From: Alphaproteobacteria bacterium | GTDB lineage: Bacteria; Pseudomonadota; Alphaproteobacteria; Rs-D84; SZUA-605 | Assembly (NCBI GenBank): GCA_031549385.1 | Contig: JAVBPW010000001.1 | Span: 64,001 to 128,000 of the forward strand | DNA: 64,000 nt | Reading direction: 5' to 3' | Shown here: positions 40,256-50,795 of the stretch, piece after piece | Layout: every line of letters begins with the position of its first letter | How positions within the stretch are numbered: the first letter of the stretch is position 1 | Made by a program: the position numbers and the translations under genes | The notes under the pieces: model-generated | The model's input: only the letters and a program-made list of their open reading frames with translations | Databases searched by the model: none | Told to the model about the DNA's origin: nothing

Positions 40256-40960
40256 ATGAAAAAGTTACTATCTGTAATGGCAATTTTATTACTTTCAGCT
40301 TGTATGAATAATTCAAGTGAAGAAAAGAAATCTTTTGCTATGTATGATGAACCAAATGGACCAAAAACAATTGAAGCTCAACAAAAAGCTCAAGGTATTA
40401 CAACTACTACAAATGAAAGCGGTGAGAAAGTTCAACAAGTTGACCCAAATCAAGCAGCTCTTTATGGAGACCAATACTTAAGCCGTGATACTTTGTATAT
40501 GATTGATAAATCATTCAAGTATGATTCTTGGAATGAATCAAGAACTTTTACAGAAGCTGAAAAAGAAGCTTTGGCAGAAAAATGGAAAGAAAGTAAAATT
40601 ACTACAAAATATCATTATTATCATGGTAATGTTATAAAAGTTGATACTTTGAAAAGTGCAAGAGATTTACGTGAAATGAGATTACGTTTTTATTATGGTG
40701 AAAATGATGGTTTTAATGATGGCGATATAAATCATGTTCTTTCTAATGTTGCTCAAAATATAGTTAAAGAAACTTGCGGACGCGGTGCTGTGGATGCTTT
40801 AATTGTTTATGACAGACCAAGTGCTGATATAAGAAAACCAACTGCTTTTTATAGATATCAAGTTATGGAAACAGGAGTTGCTGTTAGAGAGTTTGGATTT
40901 AGATGTATGTATCCTGGAACTCATATTGGTGGCGAAATAACTTGTGCAGATTTTAAATAA
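40256..40960 (+). CDS. Hypothetical lipoprotein
   Basis: MKKLLSVMAILLLSAC lipobox. Confidence 0.8.
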   Translation: MKKLLSVMAILLLSACMNNSSEEKKSFAMYDEPNGPKTIEAQQKAQGITTTTNESGEKVQQVDPNQAALYGDQYLSRDTLYMIDKSFKYDSWNESRTFTEAEKEALAEKWKESKITTKYHYYHGNVIKVDTLKSARDLREMRLRFYYGENDGFNDGDINHVLSNVAQNIVKETCGRGAVDALIVYDRPSADIRKPTAFYRYQVMETGVAVREFGFRCMYPGTHIGGEITCADFK

Positions 40961-40970
40961 AGTAGTAGAT

Positions 40971-41606
40971 ATGAACAAAATTAAATCAATTGCTGTTTTT
41001 TGCAGCGCTAGTTTTGATGACAGAAAATCACAATATTATATTCAAACTTTAGAAGTTGGAAAGAGAATTGGCCAAGGCAGATTCCGTTTAGTTTATGGCG
41101 GATCTGAAACTGGTCTTATGGGAGCTGTAGCTCGTTCTGCTTTAAAGAATGGAGCTAAGGTGTTAGGAGTAACTACTCCAGAAGTTCTTAGCTTAGAGAG
41201 ACCTTTAAAAGGTACTAAAGTTGAATTAGTAAAAACTCTACAAGAAAGAAAACGAATGATGATACAAGAAGCTGATGCCTTTATTATACTTGGTGGCGGA
41301 ATCGGTACTATTGATGAAGTTTTTGACGTTCTTGTTGGACAGCAAATTAATGAACATAAGAAACCTATGTTTCTCGTAAATACTAATAATTTTTTTGTTC
41401 CATTGGTTAATTATGTAACCTTTTTGTCAGAACAAGGCTTTTTGTCTTCTTTAACAATTAAAAGAATGAAAATAAACTTAGTAAAAGATGCTGCAGAAGC
41501 ATTTGAACAAATTTCAAAAATTAATAATAAAGGAAAAATAAATGGAAAAACATGTAAAGCAACCAAAACAATCAACACTAAAACCAAGAAACAAAAAGCG
41601 TATTAA
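40971..41606 (+). CDS. LOG family (TIGR00730) phosphoribohydrolase
   Basis: VFCSAS, LVYGG..GLMG, ERKRMM, GG.GT.DE. Confidence 0.9.
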   Translation: MNKIKSIAVFCSASFDDRKSQYYIQTLEVGKRIGQGRFRLVYGGSETGLMGAVARSALKNGAKVLGVTTPEVLSLERPLKGTKVELVKTLQERKRMMIQEADAFIILGGGIGTIDEVFDVLVGQQINEHKKPMFLVNTNNFFVPLVNYVTFLSEQGFLSSLTIKRMKINLVKDAAEAFEQISKINNKGKINGKTCKATKTINTKTKKQKAY

Positions 41607-42201
41607 GCATTCAAGATATTTTGTTATAGCACTTATTATTTATGTGTTACTTACAAAGACAGATACATTATTACTTGGAAACTATCTTCCTGATTTTTTA
41701 AATGATCAATTTGGATTTTTATTAGTTATACTTGGAGCATTAGGCAGATTTTATTCTATGCTTTTTATTGGCGGAAAAAAAGACAGAAAAATTGTTACAG
41801 ATGGACCTTTTTCTGTAGTTAGAAATCCTCTTTATGTATGTTCTTTTATAGCATTAATTGGATTTTTACTTATGCTTGGAAGAATTGATGTAGCAATTGT
41901 AGTTTTACCATTATTTATGTTTTACTACAAAGATACAGTTGCAAGAGAAGAAGCTAATTTGGAAGCTGAATTTGGAAAAGAATATATGGATTATAAAAAG
42001 AAAACTCCTAAATATATTCCTAATTTTAAAATCTGGAAAGCACCAGAATATATTGAAGTTAAAACTTCTGTTATGAGAAAATATTTTATATTCTTATTAT
42101 GTTTTGTAATTGCTATTCCTTTACTACAATGGCTTGAAAAATTCAAAGAAACATACCGTGAATTTGGTTTAATTGATTTAGATAAATTATTAGGTCTATA
42201 A
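41542..42201 (+). CDS. Isoprenylcysteine carboxyl methyltransferase (ICMT/PEMT-like) membrane protein
   Basis: TDGPFSVVRNPLY, REEANL...FG.EY..Y...TP.YIP. Confidence 0.85.
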   Translation: MEKHVKQPKQSTLKPRNKKRIKHSRYFVIALIIYVLLTKTDTLLLGNYLPDFLNDQFGFLLVILGALGRFYSMLFIGGKKDRKIVTDGPFSVVRNPLYVCSFIALIGFLLMLGRIDVAIVVLPLFMFYYKDTVAREEANLEAEFGKEYMDYKKKTPKYIPNFKIWKAPEYIEVKTSVMRKYFIFLLCFVIAIPLLQWLEKFKETYREFGLIDLDKLLGL

Positions 42202-42289
42202 TATATAAACAAAATATATAAACTTAATCCCATATGAAAATCTGGGATTTAATTTTGTAAGATTTAGATATTAATTTGAGATAAATTAT

Positions 42290-42346
42290 AACTTATGAAA
42301 TTATTAAAAATAGGTTTTTTAACAATTTAACAAGTTTAATAATAAT
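42290..42346. repeat. Dispersed palindromic repeat, copy 2
   Basis: aacttatgaaattattaaaaa-taggt-tttttaacaatttaacaagtt-taataataat. Confidence 0.85.
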
Positions 42347-42380
42347 CACTTATTTTTGCATTTTATTTTAAATAAAATAA

Positions 42381-42455
<75 letters not shown>

Positions 42456-42498
42456 TTATGACCACATATAATATCTTTTATTTTTAATTTTGCAATTA

Positions 42499-43038
42499 TT
42501 ATATTAGATAGTTTATGTTTTCAAGAGTTGCTTTTGTAGCTCTTATATTAACTGTTATAATAACCATTATATCGTCTTCGTTTTCTTGATTTAATAAATG
42601 AGTTGTATTTATTATTAACTTACTTACATATCTGTCATCATCAAGAAGTGTAAATATTGGTTGGCTTTTATCTATATTTTCCGGGATTTCATGAATATCT
42701 TGTGGACGGCGAAGGCCATCAAGAAGAGTTTTCATTCTGTTATCTATATCAGCACGTGGAGTTTGAGCCAGCTCTGGTAAAAGAAGCTGTATATCCAGTT
42801 CTGCTAATAAATTTAATTCTGGAGTGATTAGGGAAATAAAATCTACACCACCTACTGTTTTTATTATAGATTTTTTATTTTGATCTTTTCTTATATATTG
42901 TTTTAACTCATTATAAGGAGTTATTTCAAAAAGAGTTCTCATTTGTTCACTGAACTTTTCACGAAGATCATGAATATGCTTTGTTCTTTTTTTAGGATTA
43001 ATCTTAACTTGCCCACGATAAACTAATTTAAATTTCAT
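42499..43038 (-). CDS. RusA-like nuclease-fold protein
   Basis: DIDNRMKTLLDGL...LLDDDRYV matches the RusA catalytic pattern DxDNxxKxxxDxL...DD. Confidence 0.6.
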   Translation of the reverse strand: MKFKLVYRGQVKINPKKRTKHIHDLREKFSEQMRTLFEITPYNELKQYIRKDQNKKSIIKTVGGVDFISLITPELNLLAELDIQLLLPELAQTPRADIDNRMKTLLDGLRRPQDIHEIPENIDKSQPIFTLLDDDRYVSKLIINTTHLLNQENEDDIMVIITVNIRATKATLENINYLI

Positions 43039-43423
43039 TTTTTACTTCCTTCATTTTGCATGTTTTTTCTGGAGTTATATATCCATATTCTTTCATTTTT
43101 TTTGTTTTTGAATCTATCGAATAACAATTTTCTTCATTACCATATATTTCATCACCTTCTGGAGTTTTTCCTATATATTTTTCATTTTCCACATGACAGT
43201 CAAATATTGGATCTATGATATAAAATTCCATACCACCACCATTCTTTGCAATAGAAACACAGGTTTTATCTTTATTTCTGATTATTCCATAACCATCTTC
43301 ACGCATTCCAACATATTCATATTCTGGAGTTCCTTTAATTAATCTGGTAATTGGTTTTGATATGCAAATTCCAATTAATATTCCTAATATTAATAATATT
43401 ACTAAAGATATATTTTTTTTCAT
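43028..43423 (-). CDS. Small membrane-anchored exported protein (paralog 2)
   Basis: N-terminal TM; aligns to 43436-43795. Confidence 0.8.
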   Translation of the reverse strand: MKKNISLVILLILGILIGICISKPITRLIKGTPEYEYVGMREDGYGIIRNKDKTCVSIAKNGGGMEFYIIDPIFDCHVENEKYIGKTPEGDEIYGNEENCYSIDSKTKKMKEYGYITPEKTCKMKEVKNEI

Positions 43424-43435
43424 CTAATTTCCTTA

Positions 43436-43795
43436 TTAATTACATCCTATTTCTAAATTTTCGTAAGAATGCTCTATAACTTTTTTAGTTTTAGAATTTA
43501 TAGTATAGCAATCTCCTTCACTTCCATATATTTCATCACCTTGCGGAGTTTTTCCTATATATTTTTCAAATCCCCAATAACAACCATGTGAAGGATCTAA
43601 ATTACCCCCCATTCTGTAACCAAGAGTTTTTGAAATAAGAGTACAAGATTTATCTTTATATCTGATTAAACTATAACCTTCTTCATTTTCCCCAATATAT
43701 TCAAATTCAGGAGGTCCTTTAATTAATCTTATAACTGAGTTTGATATACATATACCTATTAAGATTCCTAAAATTAAAGCTAATATTCTTTTCAT
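43436..43795 (-). CDS. Small membrane-anchored exported protein (paralog 1)
   Basis: Shares ILGILIGICIS, RLIKG.PE and EKYIGKTP.GDEIYG with its neighbour. Confidence 0.8.
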   Translation of the reverse strand: MKRILALILGILIGICISNSVIRLIKGPPEFEYIGENEEGYSLIRYKDKSCTLISKTLGYRMGGNLDPSHGCYWGFEKYIGKTPQGDEIYGSEGDCYTINSKTKKVIEHSYENLEIGCN

Positions 43796-43850
43796 ATTTT
43801 ATCCTTTATTATTTAATGATTATACCATAAAAGAATTGGAAATTGAAGTG

Positions 43851-43909
43851 CCCTATTAAAATGTGAAAAACAGGGTTTTTAACAATTTAACAGGACTAAT
43901 AACAATAAT
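43851..43909. repeat. Dispersed palindromic repeat, copy 3
   Basis: ccctattaaaatgtgaaaaa-caggg-tttttaacaatttaacagga-ctaataacaataat. Confidence 0.8.
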
Positions 43910-43913
43910 TATT

Positions 43914-46181
43914 TTATTTAAGAATCTCTCTTTTACCTGTCGGAGAGCTTGGAGAAATAATTCCCTCTTCTTCCATACGCTCAATTAAGGAAGCTGCTTT
44001 GTTATAACCTATTCTTAAATGACGTTGGATAAATGATATTGAAACCTTTTGATGCTTTCTCATTATTTCTAATGCTTCTTCATATAAATCATCATCACTA
44101 CCTGAAGAATCTGATGAACCTAACATCTTGCTCATTAATGGGTCTTTCTTTTGTTCTTTTACTACATCTTCTACATAATTAGGTTTTTCTTGTTTACGTA
44201 AGAAGTTTGCTACATCAACTGCTTCTTTTTCTGTTGCAAATGGAGCATGTACTCTTACTGTCTTTTTTCCCGCTTCCATATAAAGCATATCACCTTGTGA
44301 TAATAATTGTTCAGCACCTGATTGACCTAATATTGTTGCTGAATCAATTTTTGATATAGTTTGGAATGCAACACGATGAGGTAAGTTAGATTTAATAACA
44401 CCTGTGATAACGTCTACAGATGGACGTTGAGTTGCTAATATCATATGAATTCCAGCAGCACGAGCTTTTGCTGTTAATCGTTGAATTAATACTTCTACTT
44501 CTTTTCCTGCAGTTGTCATAAGGTCTGCAAGTTCGTCTATGATTATTACTATATATGGTAAAATATTTAATGGAATTTCTGTTTCTTCATAAATAATATT
44601 TCCTGTGTTTACGTCTATTCCTTTTTTAACTTTCTTCTTTAATTTTCTTCCAGCTGATTTTGTTGCTTGTATTTTTTCATTATAACCTTCAATATTTTTT
44701 ACACCCATATGAGCCATATCAGTATAGCGCTTATCCATTTCTGCAACTGCCCATTTCAAAGAATTAATAGCTTGTTGTGGATCGTTTACTATTGGTGTTA
44801 ATAAATGAGGAATATCTTTCCAATCTATGAATTCTACTTCTTTTGGATCAATTAAAATAAACTTACATTGTTCTGGAGTTAGCTTATATATTAATGACAA
44901 AATAACACCGCGCATGAATACAGATTTTCCTGAACCTGTTCGTCCTGCTATTAATAAATGTGGCATCTTTTCAAGTTGAACATATACACCATTTCCTGCA
45001 ATATCTACTCCTAAACAAACTGGAAGTGTATAGGTTAGTTTTTTAAATACTGTTGTATCTAATAAACTTTTTAAATATACGATTTGGCGATTTAAATTTG
45101 GAAGTTCTATACCTATCGAATCGGTTCCTGATAAGGTTGCTATTCTTAATGTGTCAATTTTCATAGCACGTGCTATATCTTCTGTTAAAGATGTTATCTT
45201 TGAAATTTTTATACCTGCTGCTGGTTTATATTCAAATAATGTTACAACCGGACCTGTATGATATGAAGATACATTTCCATTTATTTTAAATGTTTGTAAG
45301 AAACTTTCTAAATTATAACCTATTTGCTTTATAAGTTCTGCATCCATTTGATTGCCTTTGCTTGGCTTTGCTGTTAGCAATTCATATGGCGGAAGTTTAA
45401 ACACTTGTTTGACTGGAGCTTTGTTTGATAAATCTGATGCTTTAACTTTTTCTGGTGTTAAACTATCAAGTAATTTAGAACTTGTTTGAGATAATGGTTC
45501 TTTATTTTCATCAGTTTCATCTGCCACTTCTTTTAATGTGTCATAATCTGGAACAAAATTTCTTTTCTTAGTTTTCTTTTTAAATAAACCTACCAACCAA
45601 TTATTGAATTTCCAAAAATTTGAATAAAACTTTCTTTCAAAATTTAAGAAGTCATCCCAAGTTACTGCAAATGAATAAATTAAACAGAATATAGAAAATG
45701 GTACTATTAATATTGCTAATGGATATATTATATTCATTAAACCCATTTTTTTGAATACAAAAATATATGATGATCCTAGTAAACCACCTAGTGAAAAACC
45801 TGAAAATGCATTTGGCAGAATGTTTGATAGTGTTAATACTAATGGAAATAAAAATAGAAATAATATGAAATATAAAACTCTTATGTAACCTATTGGTTCT
45901 TTTTTTAACATTCTTTTACAAATGAAGTATAAATAAAATGAAATAGCAACAGCACTTATTCCAAAAAATATGTATAAAAATTCTAAACAATAAAATACAT
46001 ACCCCCAAAATGAAGGACTGAATTCTTGAGATGTTAAAAATGGATGATTTTGAAATAAAAATGTAAAAAGAGCAACAAATGTTAATATTGATAATACAAA
46101 TAAGAAGAGAATCGTTATTTTTGATATAACTTTCTTTAAAAAACTTTCATATTCATTAGGTAAGAATTGTTGCTTTGCCAT
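43914..46181 (-). CDS. ftsK: DNA translocase FtsK
   Basis: N-terminal TMs, [29 protein letters not shown]; gamma domain QRHLRIGYNKAA. Confidence 0.97.
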   Translation of the reverse strand: MAKQQFLPNEYESFLKKVISKITILFLFVLSILTFVALFTFLFQNHPFLTSQEFSPSFWGYVFYCLEFLYIFFGISAVAISFYLYFICKRMLKKEPIGYIRVLYFILFLFLFPLVLTLSNILPNAFSGFSLGGLLGSSYIFVFKKMGLMNIIYPLAILIVPFSIFCLIYSFAVTWDDFLNFERKFYSNFWKFNNWLVGLFKKKTKKRNFVPDYDTLKEVADETDENKEPLSQTSSKLLDSLTPEKVKASDLSNKAPVKQVFKLPPYELLTAKPSKGNQMDAELIKQIGYNLESFLQTFKINGNVSSYHTGPVVTLFEYKPAAGIKISKITSLTEDIARAMKIDTLRIATLSGTDSIGIELPNLNRQIVYLKSLLDTTVFKKLTYTLPVCLGVDIAGNGVYVQLEKMPHLLIAGRTGSGKSVFMRGVILSLIYKLTPEQCKFILIDPKEVEFIDWKDIPHLLTPIVNDPQQAINSLKWAVAEMDKRYTDMAHMGVKNIEGYNEKIQATKSAGRKLKKKVKKGIDVNTGNIIYEETEIPLNILPYIVIIIDELADLMTTAGKEVEVLIQRLTAKARAAGIHMILATQRPSVDVITGVIKSNLPHRVAFQTISKIDSATILGQSGAEQLLSQGDMLYMEAGKKTVRVHAPFATEKEAVDVANFLRKQEKPNYVEDVVKEQKKDPLMSKMLGSSDSSGSDDDLYEEALEIMRKHQKVSISFIQRHLRIGYNKAASLIERMEEEGIISPSSPTGKREILK

Positions 46182-46234
46182 GAGATGAATTCTAACACAA
46201 AAGTTAAAAAAATTAAAGTAAATTTGTCTTAATG

Positions 46235-46254
46235 ACTTATTAAATTATTAAAAA
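46235..46254. repeat. Half copy (left arm) of the dispersed repeat
   Basis: acttattaaattattaaaaa, identical over 20 nt to the left arm of the copy at 57726. Confidence 0.6.
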
Positions 46255-46256
46255 GC

Positions 46257-46285
46257 TTGATTTTTCTTGATAGAGGGTTTATAGT
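46257..46285 (+). promoter_or_regulatory. Sigma70-type promoter of rpmE
   Basis: TTGATT-N17-TATAGT. Confidence 0.5.
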
Positions 46286-46319
46286 GTCAACACAAATGTA
46301 TAACATATGAGGCAAAACA

Positions 46320-46529
46320 ATGAAAAAAAACGTGCACCCAGAATACCATCAAATTGAAGTTACTACTACTGATGGAAAGAAAGTAAAAATGTTTTCTACT
46401 GTGAAAAAGGACTTAGTTCTTGATACTGACCCTTTAACACATATCGCTTGGACTAAGGTGAAAAAACAAGGTTCTACTAAAGGTCAAGCTGATAAATTTA
46501 ATAAGAAATATGGATCTTTTGGTATATAA
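46320..46529 (+). CDS. rpmE: 50S ribosomal protein L31 (Zn-free type)
   Basis: MKK..HPEYH, LDTDP.TH.AWT, KFNKKYG. Confidence 0.95.
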   Translation: MKKNVHPEYHQIEVTTTDGKKVKMFSTVKKDLVLDTDPLTHIAWTKVKKQGSTKGQADKFNKKYGSFGI

Positions 46530-46687
46530 TTACTAAAAGCAGCAGAATTTTAGCCCAAGTACTTCTTGGGCTTTTGTTGTTTATTGAGTTATAATCTGCT
46601 TATATTAAAGCGACTCTTTAAAAATCTTGACAAATGGCTAAAAATTTGATTAAATACCGGTATATGATAAAAAAAGGACTTGAAAAA

Positions 46688-47218
46688 TTGACTACTCAAA
46701 CTTGGACACCAAAAAAAATAGCAAAATTAAGAGAACTTTGGGATAAAGGACTTTCTACTTCCGAAATTGGAAAAAAACTTGGAGTTACAAAAAACTCTGT
46801 TGTTGGTAAAGCTCATAGATTAGAGCTTGATGCTCGTATGTCACCTATTAAGACACAATCTGATAAAAAAGAAAAAGTTGAAAAAAAATCTAAGAAACCA
46901 GAACTTAAAGTGGTTGAAAAAATTACTCCTAAAAAAGCTGAGCCTAAAATTAAGGTCGTTGAAGAAATCGAAGAAGAAGATTTTGAAATTGAAGAACTTT
47001 CGTCAAAAAAAGGTAAAAAAGACGATCATAAAGGAGTTAATATTACTCAACTTAAACTTGGTATGTGCAGATGGCCTATTGGAGATCCTAAATCAAAAGA
47101 TTTTCATTTTTGTGGAAGACCGACTTTTAAAAGCAAACCATACTGCTTAGAACATACTGTTGTTGCTTATATACCTAAAAATACAAAGGAAAAGAAAGAT
47201 GGAAAGAACTCCGCTTAA
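46688..47218 (+). CDS. gcrA: Cell-cycle regulator GcrA (start uncertain; TTG 46688 chosen)
   Basis: WT...I.KLRELW.KGLS.SEIG..LGVTKNSVVGKAHRL and C-terminal CRWPIGDP...DFHFCG......PYC..H. Confidence 0.92.
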   Translation: MTTQTWTPKKIAKLRELWDKGLSTSEIGKKLGVTKNSVVGKAHRLELDARMSPIKTQSDKKEKVEKKSKKPELKVVEKITPKKAEPKIKVVEEIEEEDFEIEELSSKKGKKDDHKGVNITQLKLGMCRWPIGDPKSKDFHFCGRPTFKSKPYCLEHTVVAYIPKNTKEKKDGKNSA

Positions 47219-48683
47219 TACTGGGGATGTGTATTATCAAGAATATAAAAATGAAAGATTTTCTTTCAAAGCATATTTTCACCAAGATAAATTAATTTTT
47301 GTTATTGATGAAACTCAAGATAATATATCACCAAATAAGCGCCTTATCATCAACCCTTTACCTGGTGAAGAAGTTTTAGAAAATGTTACTACTAAATGGG
47401 ATGTTATTTTAGAACAAGTGTATAAACTTGATTTAAATGAGATCAGACCTAAAAAAGATAATCTGTTTGAAAAGTTAGATATTGAATATAACGGACTTAA
47501 TATTTATGAAGATTATATCAATAATCCTTCTAATGAAATATTTGAAAGCCGAATCATTATTAATAAAGAAAAAAATGCTTTAACTAATTGTTTGAAAAGA
47601 CTTTCAGAAGAAACAGAAATTTTAAATAAATCTAAAACAACCGTTGAAATTACTAAAAAAACTTTAACTGTTGCTATTGAACAAACTGCGATAGTTTCTA
47701 ATAAATTGAAAAACTATAAAAAAGATTCATCAAAAACACCTGAACAAGTTAATAAAGTTTCTACTCAAGTTTATAATGCTATTAAAACTGAAAAAATGCG
47801 TGATAAGAGATTAAAGAAAGCTCGAACACGTGTTGAAAAATCTGAAGCTGAAATTAGACATCTTAATACAATACTTCCTATTATAAAAAGTAAGTTAAGC
47901 CAACACCCTAAAATGGAAGTAGACTTTATATATAATAATGACAGATTTTCACAAAGACCTGTTTATGAAGAACCTGTTCAAGAAGAAGAAGCTCCAAAAT
48001 ATGAGCCTAAATACGTTGCACCTGAGGTAGAAAAACCAGTTGCTGCTAATGAAGACATTATGGAAACTTTACGAAGAATCGAAGAAACTATAAATGAAGT
48101 AAAAGTTGAAAAGGAAGATACTCCAAGACCAACTTTTTATCAAATAGAAGAAGAAATAAGAAAAGTTGAACCATATGACTTTAAACAAGAAAACGTTGTT
48201 GAAGAATCTAAAGAAGAACATTTTCCAGGAGATGGACATGCCCATAGTTGGATTATGGATACTTATAATAATGGAAAAGAGGAAAATCTTCCTGTTGTTG
48301 AAGAACCTTATGTACCAGAATACAAACCTGAACCAGTTCCTGAATATAAACCAGAACCACAACCTGTTTATGAAGAACCTGTTTGGGTAAAAGAAGAAAC
48401 TCTTCCTGTTGTTGAGGAACCTATACTTCCTCCTGAGCCTATATATGCTGATCCTATTAAAGAATCTGTACCGGAAGTTGTTAATGTGGTTGTACCTCAA
48501 ATACCTGAAGAAGTAAAAGTTGAAGCGAAAACTCAAAATAAGATTATGGAAGTTGATATAGAACTATGGCTTTATATATTCTTAAGCTTTTTACTTACTA
48601 TATTTATATTTTCTGGTATTTATTTAAATAACAGAAACATTGAAAATCAACAAGATTTTGTTAGTGAAATAGTAGAAAAATAA
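47199..48683 (+). CDS. Hypothetical coiled-coil, Pro/Glu-rich protein with a C-terminal TM
   Basis: Overlaps the gcrA end; EEP/PEYKPEP repeats; single TM near the C-terminus. Confidence 0.8.
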   Translation: MERTPLNTGDVYYQEYKNERFSFKAYFHQDKLIFVIDETQDNISPNKRLIINPLPGEEVLENVTTKWDVILEQVYKLDLNEIRPKKDNLFEKLDIEYNGLNIYEDYINNPSNEIFESRIIINKEKNALTNCLKRLSEETEILNKSKTTVEITKKTLTVAIEQTAIVSNKLKNYKKDSSKTPEQVNKVSTQVYNAIKTEKMRDKRLKKARTRVEKSEAEIRHLNTILPIIKSKLSQHPKMEVDFIYNNDRFSQRPVYEEPVQEEEAPKYEPKYVAPEVEKPVAANEDIMETLRRIEETINEVKVEKEDTPRPTFYQIEEEIRKVEPYDFKQENVVEESKEEHFPGDGHAHSWIMDTYNNGKEENLPVVEEPYVPEYKPEPVPEYKPEPQPVYEEPVWVKEETLPVVEEPILPPEPIYADPIKESVPEVVNVVVPQIPEEVKVEAKTQNKIMEVDIELWLYIFLSFLLTIFIFSGIYLNNRNIENQQDFVSEIVEK

Positions 48684-48741
48684 TATACTTGAAAAAACTG
48701 AAAAAATATGTAGTATTTTACCTAAAGGATGAAAAAATAAG

Positions 48742-49023
48742 ATGAAGAGATCTGATTTAGTAGAATTTTTATGGAAAAAAAATAAAGATTTGACCTACAA
48801 TGAAGTTGAAAAAATCGTTCGTGTTACTTTTGCGTTTATGAGCGAAAACTTGAAAGAAAATAATAGGATTGAGTTACGTGGCTTTGGAATATTCGAACCT
48901 CGTAATAAAATAGCTTATTTAGCTCACAATCCAAAGACTGGTGAAAAAATAAATATTTCATCATCTTCTTCAGTGAATTTCAAACTTGGAAAAGATCTTT
49001 TTAAGAGCTTAAATCAAAATTAA
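48742..49023 (+). CDS. ihfB: Integration host factor beta / HU family
   Basis: MKRSDL, RIELRGFGIF, NPKTGE, FKLGKDL. Confidence 0.8.
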   Translation: MKRSDLVEFLWKKNKDLTYNEVEKIVRVTFAFMSENLKENNRIELRGFGIFEPRNKIAYLAHNPKTGEKINISSSSSVNFKLGKDLFKSLNQN

Positions 49024-49028
49024 AAAAT

Positions 49029-49871
49029 ATGCCAAATTCAAAATTACCATTATTACCTGATGAAAAACACACCAATCTTGAGAAAGGTTTGTGGATTGTT
49101 TGTAAAAAATGCGGTGAACGTATATTCGCCCCATCTTTTGAAAAAAATTTAAATGTATGTCCTAAGTGTAATTATTATTACCCTATGCGACCTGAACCTC
49201 GTTTCGATATGATGTTTGATGACAGTGAATACACTGTTCTTAGAGATCCTATGTTAAAGGATAATCCTTTGGGGTTTGTTGATACAAAAAGTTATACAGA
49301 ACGTTTGAAAGATTACAGAAAAACAACTGGATACCCTGATGGTGCTAATAGTGCTTTAGGAAACATTAATGGAGTTAAAACTGTTGTTTGGGTTTTAAAT
49401 TTTGACTTTATGGGTGGTTCTATGGGACGATTTGTAGGGGAAAGTTTCTTAAAATCAGTTGAAATGGCTTTAAAAAATAATGCTGCTTTTGTTGCTTTTG
49501 TTGCTTCTGGTGGTGCTCGTATGCAAGAAGGTGTTTTATCTTTGATGCAAATGGCAAGAACTACACTTGGAGTTTCAAATTTGAAAAAAGCTGGTTTACC
49601 TTATATCGTAGTACTTACTAATCCAACTATGGGTGGAGTTACTGCTTCTTTTGCTATGCTTGGCGATGTTGCTATTGCAGAAGAAGGTGCAGAAATTGGT
49701 TTTGCAGGTAAACGTGTTATTGAAAATACTATTAAGAAAAAATTACCGGAAGATTTTCAAACTTCTGAATATTTGCAAAAACACGGAGTAGTCGATATAG
49801 TTATTAAACGTAAAGACGAAAAAGAAGTAATTGGAAATATCTTATCTATTTTAACTAAAAAGAAGGTTTAA
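49029..49871 (+). CDS. accD: Acetyl-CoA carboxylase carboxyltransferase beta
   Basis: CxxC...CxxC zinc finger, [24 protein letters not shown]. Confidence 0.97.
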   Translation: MPNSKLPLLPDEKHTNLEKGLWIVCKKCGERIFAPSFEKNLNVCPKCNYYYPMRPEPRFDMMFDDSEYTVLRDPMLKDNPLGFVDTKSYTERLKDYRKTTGYPDGANSALGNINGVKTVVWVLNFDFMGGSMGRFVGESFLKSVEMALKNNAAFVAFVASGGARMQEGVLSLMQMARTTLGVSNLKKAGLPYIVVLTNPTMGGVTASFAMLGDVAIAEEGAEIGFAGKRVIENTIKKKLPEDFQTSEYLQKHGVVDIVIKRKDEKEVIGNILSILTKKKV

Positions 49872-49873
49872 AT

Positions 49874-50794
49874 ATGAATTTAACTTTTGAAAAACAAATT
49901 CAAGAAATTGACACTAAAATTGAAAATGTTGATAAAGATAGCCAAGAATATAAAGACTTGGTTGATGAAAAAAATGAAAAATTAAAAGAAGTTTTTTCTA
50001 ATCTTACACCTTGGGATAGAGTTACTATTTCAAGACATTCTGACAGACCTCATACTATTGATTATATCAATCAATTATTTACCGACTTCGTTGAATTAAG
50101 CGGAGATAGATATTTTGGCGATGATAATGCTATTATCGGAGGAATTGCAAGATTTTATGGTACTGAAGTTATGATTATTGGACAAGAAAAAGGTCACGAT
50201 ATTGAAACTAGACAAAAACATAATTTTGGTATGCCGAATCCAGAAGGATACAGAAAAGCTATCAGACTTATGGATCTTGCAGACAGATTTGGATTACCTA
50301 TTATTACTTTTGTTGATACATCGGGAGCATATCCAGGATTAGAAGCTGAAGAAAGAGGACAAGCTGAAGCTATTGCTCGTGCTATTGAAAAATGTTTAGA
50401 CGTTTCTGTTCCACTTATTTCTGTTGTTATTGGTGAAGGTGGAAGTGGTGGAGCTTTGGCTATTTCTGTTGCTAATAAAATTATCATGCTTGAAAATTCA
50501 GTTTACTCTGTTATTTCACCTGAAGGTTGTTCAAGTATTTTATGGAAAGACGCAGATCATAAAGAAACTGCTGCTAATTGCTTGAAGCTTACTGCTCAAG
50601 ATTTATTAAAGTTAAAAGTTATTGACCGAATCGTTAAAGAACCTTTAGGAGGAGCTCATACTAACAGAGAAGAAACTGTTAGACGTGTTAAAAAAGCTAT
50701 TATGGATGAACTTTATTTATTGCAACAATTACCAAGAGAAAAAATTATTGCTCAAAAAGTGAATAAGTTCACAGTTATGACAAAGGAATTCTAA
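49874..50794 (+). CDS. accA: Acetyl-CoA carboxylase carboxyltransferase alpha
   Basis: [30 protein letters not shown]. Confidence 0.97.
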   Translation: MNLTFEKQIQEIDTKIENVDKDSQEYKDLVDEKNEKLKEVFSNLTPWDRVTISRHSDRPHTIDYINQLFTDFVELSGDRYFGDDNAIIGGIARFYGTEVMIIGQEKGHDIETRQKHNFGMPNPEGYRKAIRLMDLADRFGLPIITFVDTSGAYPGLEAEERGQAEAIARAIEKCLDVSVPLISVVIGEGGSGGALAISVANKIIMLENSVYSVISPEGCSSILWKDADHKETAANCLKLTAQDLLKLKVIDRIVKEPLGGAHTNREETVRRVKKAIMDELYLLQQLPREKIIAQKVNKFTVMTKEF

Positions 50795-50795
50795 T

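Noticed and set aside
42219-42260. taaacttaat...ATG followed by an 8-codon ORF (MKIWDLIL)
   Set aside because: Weak match to the 23-nt leader, and it lies within a terminator-like hairpin.
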